This document shows, in pieces, positions 9,201-18,620 of a DNA stretch of 64,000 nt. Position 1 is the stretch's first letter. Each line of letters starts with the position of its first letter. Position numbers and translations under genes: made by a program. Source of the DNA: an uncultured delta proteobacterium (GTDB lineage Bacteria; Myxococcota_A; Polyangia; Haliangiales; Haliangiaceae); contig CAWKDB010000002.1 in assembly GCA_963848295.1 (NCBI GenBank), positions 96,001 through 160,000 on the forward strand, written 5' to 3'. The notes beneath the pieces are model-generated. The model had not been told where the DNA came from. It saw only the letters and a list, made by a program, of their open reading frames with translations, and ran no database searches.

Positions 9201-11133
9201 TCGCGCGTGCCGGCATCGTCACGAGCGCACGACCGACGAGACCGCGCGCGCGATCGCCGCGGCCGCGCGCGAGCAGCTCGGTCGCGACGTCGCAGATCCG
9301 CGCCGCATTCGCCGCGTCGACCGGCGCGCGCTCGAGCAGATCGGCGATCGCCTCGCACGAAGCCGCCTCGGCGATCGCGATCGAGAGCCCGGCGGTCGCG
9401 GCGATCGCGAGCTCGGGCGCGAACGCTTCGGCGATCGCGACAGCGGTCGCGCCATCGATGACCAGGTCGTCGCCGCGGCGAGCGCCGAGCCCAGCGCGGG
9501 TCAGCTCGACGATGTCGGCGAGCCCGATCGCCTCGCCCGCGCCATGCGTTCGCGCCGTCGCGAGCGCGCGATCGCTGCGTGCTCGACCACCCCACGCCGC
9601 GACTGCGATCGCGAGCGCTCGACCGCCGGCCGGGGCCGCGCCGAGTTGCTCGATCCGGCGTGCGGTCAGAGCGCCGGTCGTCCGCGTGCTCCACTCGATC
9701 GCGAATGGCTCGGGCGCGGCGCGCAACGATTGCACGAGATCGATCGCCGCGAGTGCATGACCGTCGCTGATCCGGCACAGCTCGGCGGCCCAGGTCGCCG
9801 GCGGATCTCGTCCGAGCATCGTGCGAACGAGCTCGGTCGCACCTCCGGCGTCGAGCGGCGCGACCGGATGAAGCAACGCGTGGACCGCCTCGCTCGGCGC
9901 GGGCGCGCGATCCACGATCGCGATCACCGGCCGGCGCGCATCGCCGCGCGACAACGCCGAGAGCAGCTGCGGCGCGCGTGGATCCGCGGCGAGCTCGATC
10001 ACGACCAGACCGGGATGGACGCGGATCGCGCGTGCGACTCGTTCGACCCAACCTCGCGCCGTGTCCGCGCCGGTCGCGACCGCGAGCGCGGCAGCGACCT
10101 CGTCGAGCGATCCGGTCAGCGTCGCGGCCGGCTGTCTGCGCCGCGCGACCTCCGCGAGCTGCCAGCGCCGCACCGCCGCCTCGACGATCTGCCGAGTCCC
10201 GGCCGCGGCGACGCCGACCGCGAGGTGAATCCCGCCGGCCTCGATCGCGCGAGCGAGCGCCGCGATCGTCGGCTCGGCGCCAGGCCATGACGTCGGCGCG
10301 GGTGGCGAGCCGATTCTCGGGCGCGCGCGGCGGAGCGCGCCCGGCGCGATCGCAGGCGCGAGCTGATCGAGCTCGTCGAGCACCGCGACCGCCGAGGCCG
10401 GCCGGGCTTCGAGCTCGCGCGCGACGAGTCGCTTGATCAGATCGGCGAGCGGTGCGACGACGCCGGCGAGGGCAGGCGGCGCGCTCGCGGTGACGATCGA
10501 GTGCACGAGCTCGCCGAGGCTGGCCGCGGTGAACGGCGGCGTTCCGGTCGCGACCCGGATCGCGGTCGCGCCGAGGCCGTAGAGGTCGCTGCGTGGCTCG
10601 AGATGCCCCGCGAACGCTTCTGGCGCCATATAGGTCGGTGTGCCACGCGCGCCGACGCCATGAGCGAGCCCGAGGTCTACCAGGACCGCCCGACCATTCG
10701 CGTCGATCAGGATGTTGCTCGGCGACACGTCGCCGTGCACGAGACCGGCGGCATGAATCACGGCGAGCGCGCCGGCGACGTCGGCGAGCAGCGCCCACAA
10801 TGGCTTTGCCCCCGAGCCCGCGCGCGCATCGCAGGGTGCGCCGTCGATCCATTGCGCGATGAAGAACGGCGCGCCGGCCGCGACGTCGTCGATCGGCTCG
10901 TCGGTTCGCCCGATCTCCAGGACGCGAGGCAACGATGGATGGCGCAGGCGCAGGAGCTGGGCGTATTCGTCGATCACGTTGGCGTCGTCACGCGCGGCCA
11001 GCTTGAGCGCGCGCGGCTCGCCCGACGCGATGTCGATCACCCTGAGGACGCGACCGAACGTGCCGCGAGCGATCGGGCCTGCGAGTCGGTAGCGGCCGAG
11101 CACCAGCTGCTCGCGTGTCTCCGTGCTCGCCAC
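6271..11133 (-). CDS. Ser/Thr kinase-TPR-GAF-sigma54 enhancer-binding protein fusion
   Basis: Kinase VHGDVSPSN, DLG, GTPTYMAPE; TPR-like helices; GAF; AAA+ GESGVGKE, GAFTGA, LFLDEI, WPGNVRELEN; C-terminal Fis-type HTH. Confidence 0.9.
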   Translation of the reverse strand: MASTETREQLVLGRYRLAGPIARGTFGRVLRVIDIASGEPRALKLAARDDANVIDEYAQLLRLRHPSLPRVLEIGRTDEPIDDVAAGAPFFIAQWIDGAPCDARAGSGAKPLWALLADVAGALAVIHAAGLVHGDVSPSNILIDANGRAVLVDLGLAHGVGARGTPTYMAPEAFAGHLEPRSDLYGLGATAIRVATGTPPFTAASLGELVHSIVTASAPPALAGVVAPLADLIKRLVARELEARPASAVAVLDELDQLAPAIAPGALRRARPRIGSPPAPTSWPGAEPTIAALARAIEAGGIHLAVGVAAAGTRQIVEAAVRRWQLAEVARRRQPAATLTGSLDEVAAALAVATGADTARGWVERVARAIRVHPGLVVIELAADPRAPQLLSALSRGDARRPVIAIVDRAPAPSEAVHALLHPVAPLDAGGATELVRTMLGRDPPATWAAELCRISDGHALAAIDLVQSLRAAPEPFAIEWSTRTTGALTARRIEQLGAAPAGGRALAIAVAAWGGRARSDRALATARTHGAGEAIGLADIVELTRAGLGARRGDDLVIDGATAVAIAEAFAPELAIAATAGLSIAIAEAASCEAIADLLERAPVDAANAARICDVATELLARGRGDRARGLVGRALVTMPARANLIAARACSAIGSYREVGTFATAAVDAGADPIEARLVVARAAQRAGDLDGAEAELAPLVAAHPDHADAAGAYARLLVTRSRFADARAVATRVAGPLEGLRAEAAGLAAFYLGDLEDADRAFAALEVGGAAVGDDATVGRALSLRGMVAQQRGQLALASDRYRDAVRRLADVGEIHAAAVAELNLGTTLTERGRASEALPRLAAAGRVFGELGATTEQVAADLNRGDALLAVGQAEDARAAGEAALARADGAPHLRAFAQLVLGNARHRLGDDPGAEGCYRDALAIGVERGDAHAQASAYIALAEAGHRVKADVATLCASDDDRDRWTLARGRYALRAFDTRRTGELPALRDSDELGILARACAEAAARADSADRLERAFRGHAIAAQLGHRAHDGELARTEAERARSAHAAMVAAAAPAFRAALAGDPDLVRLPGEPPTTAPRAAQGGDPPLLRRLLALSRRLNSEPNVERILDEVIDTAIELTAAERGFLLLRQHGELAPVVSRNFAAADLETGPTADALSVSRSIAERAAQTGEPVMTVDAGVDERFGAAASVAALRLRSVLAVPLRQRGAVTGCIYVDHRFRGGAFDDAAASVLGELAEIAAIAIENARLNDDLRRSTREVDELNARLSADLADRDAELARVKADLPDRDRLRHRYERIVGQSPAILRMLGVIDRAAATALPVVVVGESGVGKELVARALHDNGPRSAGPFVAINCSAVPEALLESELFGHVRGAFTGADRDRRGLFEVADGGTLFLDEIADTAAAMQAKLLRVLQDGVIRRVGDSTTRKVDVRVIAASQRSLAELSAAGRFREDLRFRLEVITVPVPALRDRDGDVPFLIDALLAQLCANKKPPRLTRGAQRALAQHRWPGNVRELENALARGVALGGDVIDVADLPEAIAAAAARPEPAKPQLGEDLRLKPAINATEHAYISAAMTRANGNQTVASRLLGLSRFGLQKKLRRLAGDDSGDD

Positions 11134-11231
11134 ACTGCCATGTCAACGTTATTGGCAGTCGATGTCAACGCAATTGACAGCGCCGGATCTCCAGCGCCCG
11201 AGCGGATCTAGAGGATCTGCCATGTTATCGT
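11134..11231. promoter_or_regulatory. Divergent promoter region with repeated TGTCAA/TTGACA motifs
   Basis: ATGTCAACG at 11140 and 11162 (22 bp apart); inverted TGTCAA-n5-TTGACA at 11163-11179; TGnTATCGT 6 nt before GTG 11238. Confidence 0.45.
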
Positions 11232-11237
11232 CGACGG

Positions 11238-13211
11238 GTGCCGGACGACGAGCGGACGCGGCGCCGGGTCTCGGACGAGACCAAGGAGCGAATCGCGGAC
11301 CTGTCGTCCGGCTGGTCCTTAGACGCACCCGCCGGCCCCGCTCCCGCCAAACCGGCCGAGCCGACCCCGGAGCCTGCGCCGGCCGACCCGGTCGCGGAGA
11401 CTGCACCGGCCCAGCCGGCGGAGGACGCGCCGCGCAAACGACCTCGTACCGTGCCGCCGCCACCGCCCGGCTCGCAAGCGCGCAAGGCGCTGGAGCAGGC
11501 GATCATCGATGCGGTCGACACTCCGGTTCCAACGCTCACGGCGCCGGCGGTCGACAGCTCTGGACCGCGCACGAAGCCGACCCAGCCTCCGCCGATTCCG
11601 AGTCGCGCGAAGTCGCCGAGCGCCCCGCCGCCGGGTGAGCGCGCGAAGTCGCCGAGCGCCCCACCGCCGGGCGTACGCGCGAAGTCGCCGAGCGCCCCGC
11701 CGCCGGGTGAGCGCGCGAAGTCGGTACCACCGGAGCGTTCGCGCCAGCCGAGCGTGCCGCCGGTGATCCCACCGATTCCGGCGATCCCGCCGATGCCACC
11801 GATCGCGGAGCGCGCGACGTCGCCGACCACGCCGCCGGTGGACGCCAAAGAGCTGACCGTCCCGGTCGGCGAGTTCGAGTCGGCCGGGCTCACCCTGACC
11901 GACGATCAGCTCAAGGCGAAGTACGCGCACGAGACGGTCGTGCGCGACGCCGCCGACGCGGTGTTGAAGCTGCCCGACCAGCCGCTCACCGTCGTCAAGG
12001 AGACGCCGGTCGAAGTCCTACTGCACGAGACCGCCGAGAAGATGCGCGGCGATCCCACCGTGTCGGATCCGTCGACGGCGCGGTTCGAGCGCGGCGATCC
12101 GACGAGCGTCGGCAGCGAGCGCGGCGATGCCACGACGATCGATCCACCGTCGGGTGGCGTGCGGCGCGCGGGCGTGTTGCGGGCCGGCGCGGCGCTGCGC
12201 CGCAAGCGCGGGCTCGCCGGCGACATGCGCTACGTGTTCACGGCGCTGCTCGGAGTGCGCCAGGCGCGGCGCGAGCTCGGCGAGCTCGAAGGCCGACAGA
12301 AGACGCGGCAAGAGGCGCGCCGCCGTCACCTCGTCACGCTGGGTCGCACCGCGATCTCCGGCGACGGCGTGCACCATCCCTCGCTCGGCAAGTCGCGCGA
12401 CGAGATGCAGGCGGTCGAGGACGATCGCTCGCGCCACGCCGGCGCGGTCGCCTCGGCGGATGCCGAGCTCGAGCGGCTCACCCGCGAACGCGACGCGCGC
12501 GCGAAGCAGCACGTCGCGGACATCGCGGCGCTCGACGCCGAGCTCGTCGAGCTCGACAAGACGCTCGAGCCGCTGACGAAGGACGCCGCGAGCGTCAAGC
12601 GGCGCGCCTCGGGCCTGCGCGACTCGGTGCAGCGCATCGAGGTCCAGATCGCGCAGACCGAGGCGAGCCTGGTCTCGGTCAAGAACCAGAAACAGGAGCG
12701 CGCGGCGATCGAAGCGGAGATCGCGACGCTCAAAGCCGATCGCCAGGCGATCCAGAAGGACGAACCGAAGATCGCGGCCGAGCTCGACTCGCTCGATCCG
12801 CGGATCGCATCGCTCGAAGCGGCGCGCACGGAAGCCCAGCGCAAGCGCGCTGAAGCGATCGAGCGCGAGGCCGCCGACGTCCGCCGCACCAGCGATATGC
12901 GAGATGCGATCGGCGCCAAGCGCAAGGTCGTCGACAGCGCCGCGACCGAAGCGGCGACCGCGCGCGACCGGGTGCTGTTCGAGCTCGGCGACCGCCTGTA
13001 CGTCGATCGCCCGGCGACGCTCACCGCGTTACTCGCGCCGATCGACACGATCGATCTAGAGCTCGGCGATACCGACCGTCGGATCATGGAGTTGCGCGAG
13101 ATCATCTCGAACGTCGACCGGGCGAAGGTCGCGCGCGGCGCCGCGGTGATCGTGCTCGCGCTCGCCGCGATCGGCTTGCTCGCCCTGTGGTTCGCGCTGT
13201 CGCTGTTCTGA
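11238..13211 (+). CDS. Hypothetical protein: Pro-rich N-terminus, long coiled coil, C-terminal TM anchor
   Basis: 657 aa ORF with coding-like codon pattern; heptad-rich central region; hydrophobic tail. Confidence 0.7.
   Translation: MPDDERTRRRVSDETKERIADLSSGWSLDAPAGPAPAKPAEPTPEPAPADPVAETAPAQPAEDAPRKRPRTVPPPPPGSQARKALEQAIIDAVDTPVPTLTAPAVDSSGPRTKPTQPPPIPSRAKSPSAPPPGERAKSPSAPPPGVRAKSPSAPPPGERAKSVPPERSRQPSVPPVIPPIPAIPPMPPIAERATSPTTPPVDAKELTVPVGEFESAGLTLTDDQLKAKYAHETVVRDAADAVLKLPDQPLTVVKETPVEVLLHETAEKMRGDPTVSDPSTARFERGDPTSVGSERGDATTIDPPSGGVRRAGVLRAGAALRRKRGLAGDMRYVFTALLGVRQARRELGELEGRQKTRQEARRRHLVTLGRTAISGDGVHHPSLGKSRDEMQAVEDDRSRHAGAVASADAELERLTRERDARAKQHVADIAALDAELVELDKTLEPLTKDAASVKRRASGLRDSVQRIEVQIAQTEASLVSVKNQKQERAAIEAEIATLKADRQAIQKDEPKIAAELDSLDPRIASLEAARTEAQRKRAEAIEREAADVRRTSDMRDAIGAKRKVVDSAATEAATARDRVLFELGDRLYVDRPATLTALLAPIDTIDLELGDTDRRIMELREIISNVDRAKVARGAAVIVLALAAIGLLALWFALSLF
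11604..11723 (+). repeat. 36-bp tandem repeat (~3.3 copies) encoding RAKSPSAPPPG(E/V)
   Basis: cgcgcgaagtcgccgagcgcccc units starting at 11604, 11640, 11676 and a partial unit at 11712. Confidence 0.9.
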
Positions 13212-13216
13212 TCGCC

Positions 13217-13480
13217 TCAGCCCAGCAACCGCGCCATGTGGTCGAGCGCCGCGAGCGCCATCGCGACCCGCGCGGCTCCCAGCAGGCACCCGATCACGCC
13301 GACCGTCATCGCCGCCGCCCCGGCGAGCCGTTCGCGGCCGGGCGAGTCCTTGCGGCGAAAGCCGACCCAGCCGAGGCCGACCGCCGCGAGCCCCAGGCCG
13401 AGCGCGGCGAACAGCCCGGGCGACGGCAGCCCGGCGGCGACCATCGCGCCGAATGCGACCACGAGCGCGAGCCGAGCCAC
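13217..13480 (-). CDS. Small membrane protein
   Basis: 87 aa with about three hydrophobic segments; fills the gap between flanking genes; TAGCGT 5 nt upstream of GTG. Confidence 0.6.
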   Translation of the reverse strand: MARLALVVAFGAMVAAGLPSPGLFAALGLGLAAVGLGWVGFRRKDSPGRERLAGAAAMTVGVIGCLLGAARVAMALAALDHMARLLG

Positions 13481-13535
13481 GCCTCACGCTATCGTCCGGC
13501 AGCGCCGAGCGCGAGTTTTGTGCTACACGCCGCGA

Positions 13536-14540
13536 GTGGACACGGTCAGAGCCGGGTTTTGCGCGATCGTCGGCCTGCCCAATGTCGGCAAGTCGACGCT
13601 GCTCAACCGCATGCTCGGCAAGAAGCTGGTCGCGGTCTCGGCCAAGCCGCAGACCACGCGCGACCGGATCGTCGGCGTCCACATGGTCGAGCTGCCCGAC
13701 GCCGCCGAGGGCGAGCCCAACCGCGCGCAGATCGCCTACGTCGATACGCCCGGCTTGCAAGACGGCCGCGGCCCGCTGCGGCGCTACATGCGCGACGCGG
13801 CACTCGCCGCTGCGAGCGACGCCGATGCAGTGCTGCTGATCATCGATGCCACCGATCGCCGCGGGCGGGTGCCGGAGCGCCTCGATCAGCCCGACGCGAT
13901 CGCACTCGGCGCCGCGCGCAGGGGGCACCCGATCATCGTCGCACTCAACAAGGTCGATCGCATCGCGAAACCCGAGCTACTGCCGCTGATCGAGGCGTGG
14001 GCCAAGCTCGACGACGGCGTCGGTGTCGACGGCCGGGGCATGTACCCGGCCGGCAGCGCCGCCGAAGGGCGGCGCGGTTTGATCGACGTCGTGCCGATCT
14101 CGGCCGCGACCGGCGACAACGTCGAGGCACTCGAGCGCGCGATCGCCGCAAAGCTGCCGCCCGGACCGCCGATGTTTCCGCCCGAGATGATGACCGATCG
14201 ATCGCCGCAGTTCATCGCCGCGGAGATCATCCGCGAGCAGCTCTATCACCAGCTCGGCAAGGAGCTGCCGTACGCGTGCGCGGTCCAGATCGAGAGCTGG
14301 ACCGAACGCAAAGGCGAGCTCGTGATCGGCGCGATCATCGTCGTCGAGCGCGAGTCGCAGAAGGCGATCGTCGTCGGCCGCGCCGGCTCGCGGATTCGCG
14401 AGCTCGGGATCGCGGCGCGCGCGGCGGTCGGCGACGCGCTCGGCAAGACGACGCACCTCACGCTGCTCGTCAAGGTCGTCGACGAGTGGAGCCGCGGCGA
14501 GGCCTCGCTCGAGAAGCTCGGCTACGGCGGTAAGCCATGA
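13536..14540 (+). CDS. era: GTPase Era
   Basis: [25 protein letters not shown]-terminal KH region ([12 protein letters not shown]); start taken at GTG 13536. Confidence 0.95.
   Translation: MDTVRAGFCAIVGLPNVGKSTLLNRMLGKKLVAVSAKPQTTRDRIVGVHMVELPDAAEGEPNRAQIAYVDTPGLQDGRGPLRRYMRDAALAAASDADAVLLIIDATDRRGRVPERLDQPDAIALGAARRGHPIIVALNKVDRIAKPELLPLIEAWAKLDDGVGVDGRGMYPAGSAAEGRRGLIDVVPISAATGDNVEALERAIAAKLPPGPPMFPPEMMTDRSPQFIAAEIIREQLYHQLGKELPYACAVQIESWTERKGELVIGAIIVVERESQKAIVVGRAGSRIRELGIAARAAVGDALGKTTHLTLLVKVVDEWSRGEASLEKLGYGGKP
14031..14086 (+). repeat. Palindromic element family A, copy in era (in frame)
   Basis: ggccggg..cccggcc hairpin, gcagc, gccgcc-gaag-ggcggc hairpin, gcggtttgatcga; matches the three copies in lhr. 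Confidence 0.8.
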
Positions 14541-15968
14541 CCGAGCAGCATCTGCCGTTGGTCGCGATCGTCGGGCGGCCGAACGTCGGCAAGTCGACGC
14601 TGTACAACCGGCTCGTCGGCGGTCGGCCCGCGCTCGTCCACGACACGCCCGGCCTGACCCGCGATCGCCGCTACGGCGAGATCGATTACTACGGGCGTGG
14701 CTGGCGGATCGTCGACACCGGCGGCCTCGATCCCGATGCCGCGAACGAGGTGATCGGCGCAGGCATCCATCGCCAAGCGCTGCGCGCGATCGGCGAGGCC
14801 GACGCGATGGTGCTGGTCGTCGACGGGCGCGCCGGCGTGTCGGCGATCGATCACCAGCTCGCACGGCAGTTGCGCGCGACCGGCAAGCCGGTGTTCCTCG
14901 CGATCAACAAGATCGATCACTCGGTGCGCGACGACTTGGTGCACGAGTTCCACGAGCTCGGGCTCACCGCTTCGTATCCGGTCTCGGCGGCCCACGGCCG
15001 CGGCATCGACACGCTGCTCGAGGCGATCACCGAGGCGATCGACGCCCCGAAGATCGCGGCCGAAGCCGAGGAGCCCGAGCGCGATCTGCTGATGGAGCCG
15101 CCGACCGAAGCCGAAGAGATCGAAGCAGGCAAGCGCGAGCGCGAGCGCGATGCCGCGAGTGGGCCGCTGCGGGTCGCGTTCGTCGGCCGGCCGAACGCCG
15201 GCAAGTCGGCGCTGACCAATCGCCTGCTCGGCGAAGAGCGCTCGCTCGTCCATCACGAAGCCGGCACGACGACCGATCCGGTCGACTCGCCGTTCACGAT
15301 CGGCGACCGCAGCTACGTCTTGATCGATACCGCCGGGATTCGCCGCAAAGCGAAGATCGACGTCGACATCGAGAAGCTCGCGGTCACGATGGCGCTCGGT
15401 GCCGTCGCGCGCGCCGATGTCGCGGTGCTCGTGATCGACGCCGCCCTCGGTCCGGCCGAACAAGACGCGCGGATCGCCGGTAAGGTCGAGGAATCGGGAC
15501 GCGCGCTCGTGATCGCGCTCAACAAGTCCGACCTCGTCGTCGGCAGCGAGAAGCAGGCCGCGCTGCGCGATGCTGACCGAGGACACGTTCCACTTCATGC
15601 CGTGGGCGCCGGTCACGTCGCTGTCGGCGCAGCGCGGCGATGGTGTCGATCGCCTGCTCGATGTCGTCGATCGCGCGGCGGTCGAGCATCGCCGGCGGAT
15701 TCCGACCTCGCAGCTCAACCGGTTCTTCGCGGAGGTGATCGAAGAGATGCCGCCGCCGCTGCATCACGGCCGCGCGGTCAAGATCCATTACCTCACGCAA
15801 GCCGGGACCCGGCCGCCGACGTTCATCCTGTGGGCGAACACGCCCGATGGCCTCGCGCCGAGCTACAAGCGCTTCCTCGCGAACCGCCTGCGCGAAGCGT
15901 ACGGGTTTCGCGGCACGCCGCTGCGCATCTTCGTCAAGGCGCGCAAAGACCGGCACAAGGACGGCTAG
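14537..15968 (+). CDS. der: Ribosome biogenesis GTPase Der (EngA), split by an apparent +1 frameshift near 15574
   Basis: Two G domains ([26 protein letters not shown]); C-terminal part ([29 protein letters not shown]) lies in another frame (ORF 15570-15968). Confidence 0.9.
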
Positions 15969-15977
15969 CGCCAGCGG

Positions 15978-16523
15978 CTAGAAGTAACCCCAGCGAATCG
16001 AGCCGCGCACGCCGAGCGTGAACACGGTGACATCGCCGCCGAACGACGCGAGCTTGCCTTCGATCCCGAACGAGCGCGATCGACTCGCGAGGAAGTCCAG
16101 GCCGCCGCCGACCACGAGCACCGCCTCGGTCGCGCGATCGATCGGGCCGCCGCCGGTGACCATCGCGCCCACGCCGCCGAACGCGTAGGGCACGTCGCGC
16201 AAGATGTCGAAACGGAACGTGACGCCGACATCGGCGACCGCGGCGTACGACTCGGCGGTCTGCTTCGCGCTCTGGCCGCCGGTAAACGCCGCACCGGCGA
16301 GGTCGGCACGCAGCGAGAAGTCGCTGCCGATCGCGTGCTCGTAGGTCGCACCGACGGCGACCCCCGCGTCCGGGGCAACCTGAGCGGGCGTCTTGTTGCC
16401 CATTTTCGGGCCCGGGGCGCTGAACGTGGCCCAACCGAGGTCGATCGAGAGCGCTCGGTCCCCCTCGGCGAGCGCGACGCCGGGCAGGGCCGCGAGGCAT
16501 GCGATCACGAGCCACGGGCGCAT
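15978..16523 (-). CDS. Putative outer-membrane beta-barrel protein
   Basis: Signal peptide [19 protein letters not shown]; alternating amphipathic strands; ends in aromatic WGYF. Confidence 0.65.
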   Translation of the reverse strand: MRPWLVIACLAALPGVALAEGDRALSIDLGWATFSAPGPKMGNKTPAQVAPDAGVAVGATYEHAIGSDFSLRADLAGAAFTGGQSAKQTAESYAAVADVGVTFRFDILRDVPYAFGGVGAMVTGGGPIDRATEAVLVVGGGLDFLASRSRSFGIEGKLASFGGDVTVFTLGVRGSIRWGYF

Positions 16524-16653
16524 CCGCAGCAACGGTCGCAATTCCCTGGGCAACAGTCCAGCCACCGCGCCAGTCCAAAGCCGCAACCCCCTGAATTGAC
16601 GTGCTGCCGACCCGGGTGCTACATCGTCCCGGTCCTTCGCCAGCAGGTGCCCC

Positions 16654-17430
16654 GTGGCCGAGAAATCCAAGAAGACCGATAAGGCTGCAAAGCCCGCAGC
16701 CACGCCCGACGCTGCGACCCCGAGGTTCGATCCCAAGCCGGTCGTCGTCGGCGGTGAATCGTTCGTCGAACGGTTGGTGCCGCACGTCAAGAAGATCGCG
16801 GTCGGCGCGGTCGTGCTCACCATCGTGCTCGCCGCGTTCTTTGGCTACCTCGCGTGGAAGCAAGGCAAGCGCGAAGACGCGACCGCCGAGCTGACCAAGG
16901 TGATCGAGATCTCCGACGCGCCGATCCGCGCCGCAGGCTCGGGCTCTGCGGACGACAAGAAGGCGCCGAGCTACGCGTCGGATGAAGACCGCACGAAGGC
17001 GATGCTCGCGGCGCTCGCGCCGGACGCGCCGTCGGGCCCGGTCTTTCGCGGCGCGCTGCTCGCCCGAGAGGGTCGTTACGACGACGCGCTCGCCGCGTAC
17101 CGCGAGGTCCAGACCGACCTCGGCTTCGAAGGCGTGCTCGCCCGCGAAGGCATCGGCCTCGCGCTCGAGGCGAAAGCCACGGCTCCGAAAACCGAGCCGA
17201 CCGTGCGCCAGAAGGGCCTCGAGGATGCGCTCGCCGAGTTCAAGGTGATGCAGCCCGACGAAAAGGGCCCGCGCCGAGCGTACGCGCTGTATCACCAGGG
17301 CCGGATCCTCGCGATGCTCGGCAAGCGCGACGAAGCGAAGGCTGCCTTCGAGCAGGCCAAGGCCGTCGGTAAGGCACCCGAGCTCGACGCCACGATCGAA
17401 GAGCGCTTGATCAACCTCGGAGCTTCGTGA
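16654..17430 (+). CDS. YfgM-like membrane-anchored TPR protein
   Basis: N-terminal TM helix then TPR-like helices; directly upstream of a PQQ-propeller gene. Confidence 0.65.
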   Translation: MAEKSKKTDKAAKPAATPDAATPRFDPKPVVVGGESFVERLVPHVKKIAVGAVVLTIVLAAFFGYLAWKQGKREDATAELTKVIEISDAPIRAAGSGSADDKKAPSYASDEDRTKAMLAALAPDAPSGPVFRGALLAREGRYDDALAAYREVQTDLGFEGVLAREGIGLALEAKATAPKTEPTVRQKGLEDALAEFKVMQPDEKGPRRAYALYHQGRILAMLGKRDEAKAAFEQAKAVGKAPELDATIEERLINLGAS

Positions 17431-18584
17431 AGTCCACCGGGTTCATCGCGATCGCCCTCGCTGCGGCGGGCTGCGTGCGCGTGCCCTATCAGAAGGCCGA
17501 CGCGATGAGCGCCGAGCCGGTCGAGCACCTCGGCGAGGATCGGCTGTCGCTGCACTGGAAGTTCTCGACCGCGGATCGCTCGACCGAGATCGCGCCGCAG
17601 GAGTTCGCCGCGGCCGCGCTCGCGGCGGATACGCTGTACGTCGGCTCGGCGAGCGGCTGGTTCTACGCGCTGCGCGCTGCGACCGGCACCAAGCGGTGGC
17701 GCAAGCGGATCGGCGCGGTCGCGTGTGCACCGCTCATCAGTCGCGGCGTGGTCTACATCGGCTCGACCGATGGCGTGCTCGTCGCGCTCGACGCGCAGAC
17801 CGGCGTCGAGAAATGGCGTTACCTGAGCCGCGGGCCGATCGAACAAACCCCGGTGCCGACCGGCGACATCATCGTGTTCGCGAACGAGGCCGACGAGGTC
17901 GTCGCGGTCGACGCCGTCACCGGCAAGTTCAAGTGGCACTTCAAGAGCGAGACCCCGGAGGACTACAAGCTGCGGGGTCACGCCGGCGTCGCGATCGACA
18001 ACGATCTGATCTACACCGGGTTCTCGAACGGCACGATGGTCGCGCTGCGCCGCGACACCGGCTCGGTCGCGTGGTCGACCTCGCTCAAAGGCGATGCCGA
18101 TCGATTCATGGATCTCGACGGCACGCCGTTGATCCTGGGCGACCGCATCTACGTCTCGGCGTCGTCGGGCGGCGTGTACGCGATGGACAAGGCGAGCGGC
18201 CTCGTCCGCTGGCACACGGCGTTCTGGGACGTCTCGCTGCCGAGCGCGACCGGCAACGTCGGCGGGTTGTCGAGCGATGGCAAGACGATCTACGTCAGCG
18301 TCGCCGACCTCGGAACGTATGCGATCGATCTCGCCGGCAACATCATCTGGCGCGTCGGCGCGCGCGGCGGCGGCGAGCCCGGCACGCCGGTGGTCGCGGG
18401 CGACTTGCTCGTCTATTCGCTCTCGAACGACGGCTTGTTCCTCGCCGATCGCAGATCGGGTGAAACGGTCGAGTACTTCGATCCGGGCGACGGCATCTCG
18501 GCGCAACCGACGATCACGGCCGATGGCCGGCTGTTCGTGATGTCGAACCGCGGCACGTTGTTCGCGTTCGACCTGGATGATTGA
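17427..18584 (+). CDS. PQQ-repeat beta-propeller lipoprotein (BamB-like)
   Basis: Lipobox AAGC; repeated ALDAQTGVEKW / AVDAVTGKFKW type motifs. Confidence 0.8.
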   Translation: MKSTGFIAIALAAAGCVRVPYQKADAMSAEPVEHLGEDRLSLHWKFSTADRSTEIAPQEFAAAALAADTLYVGSASGWFYALRAATGTKRWRKRIGAVACAPLISRGVVYIGSTDGVLVALDAQTGVEKWRYLSRGPIEQTPVPTGDIIVFANEADEVVAVDAVTGKFKWHFKSETPEDYKLRGHAGVAIDNDLIYTGFSNGTMVALRRDTGSVAWSTSLKGDADRFMDLDGTPLILGDRIYVSASSGGVYAMDKASGLVRWHTAFWDVSLPSATGNVGGLSSDGKTIYVSVADLGTYAIDLAGNIIWRVGARGGGEPGTPVVAGDLLVYSLSNDGLFLADRRSGETVEYFDPGDGISAQPTITADGRLFVMSNRGTLFAFDLDD

Positions 18585-18620
18585 GCCGCCTCGATCGAGC
18601 CGCCGTCGGCGTCGGGCGGT

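Noticed and set aside
13536..18584. era-der / yfgM-bamB clustering as a novel system
   Set aside because: Linkage of yfgM, bamB and der is well known (e.g. in E. coli).
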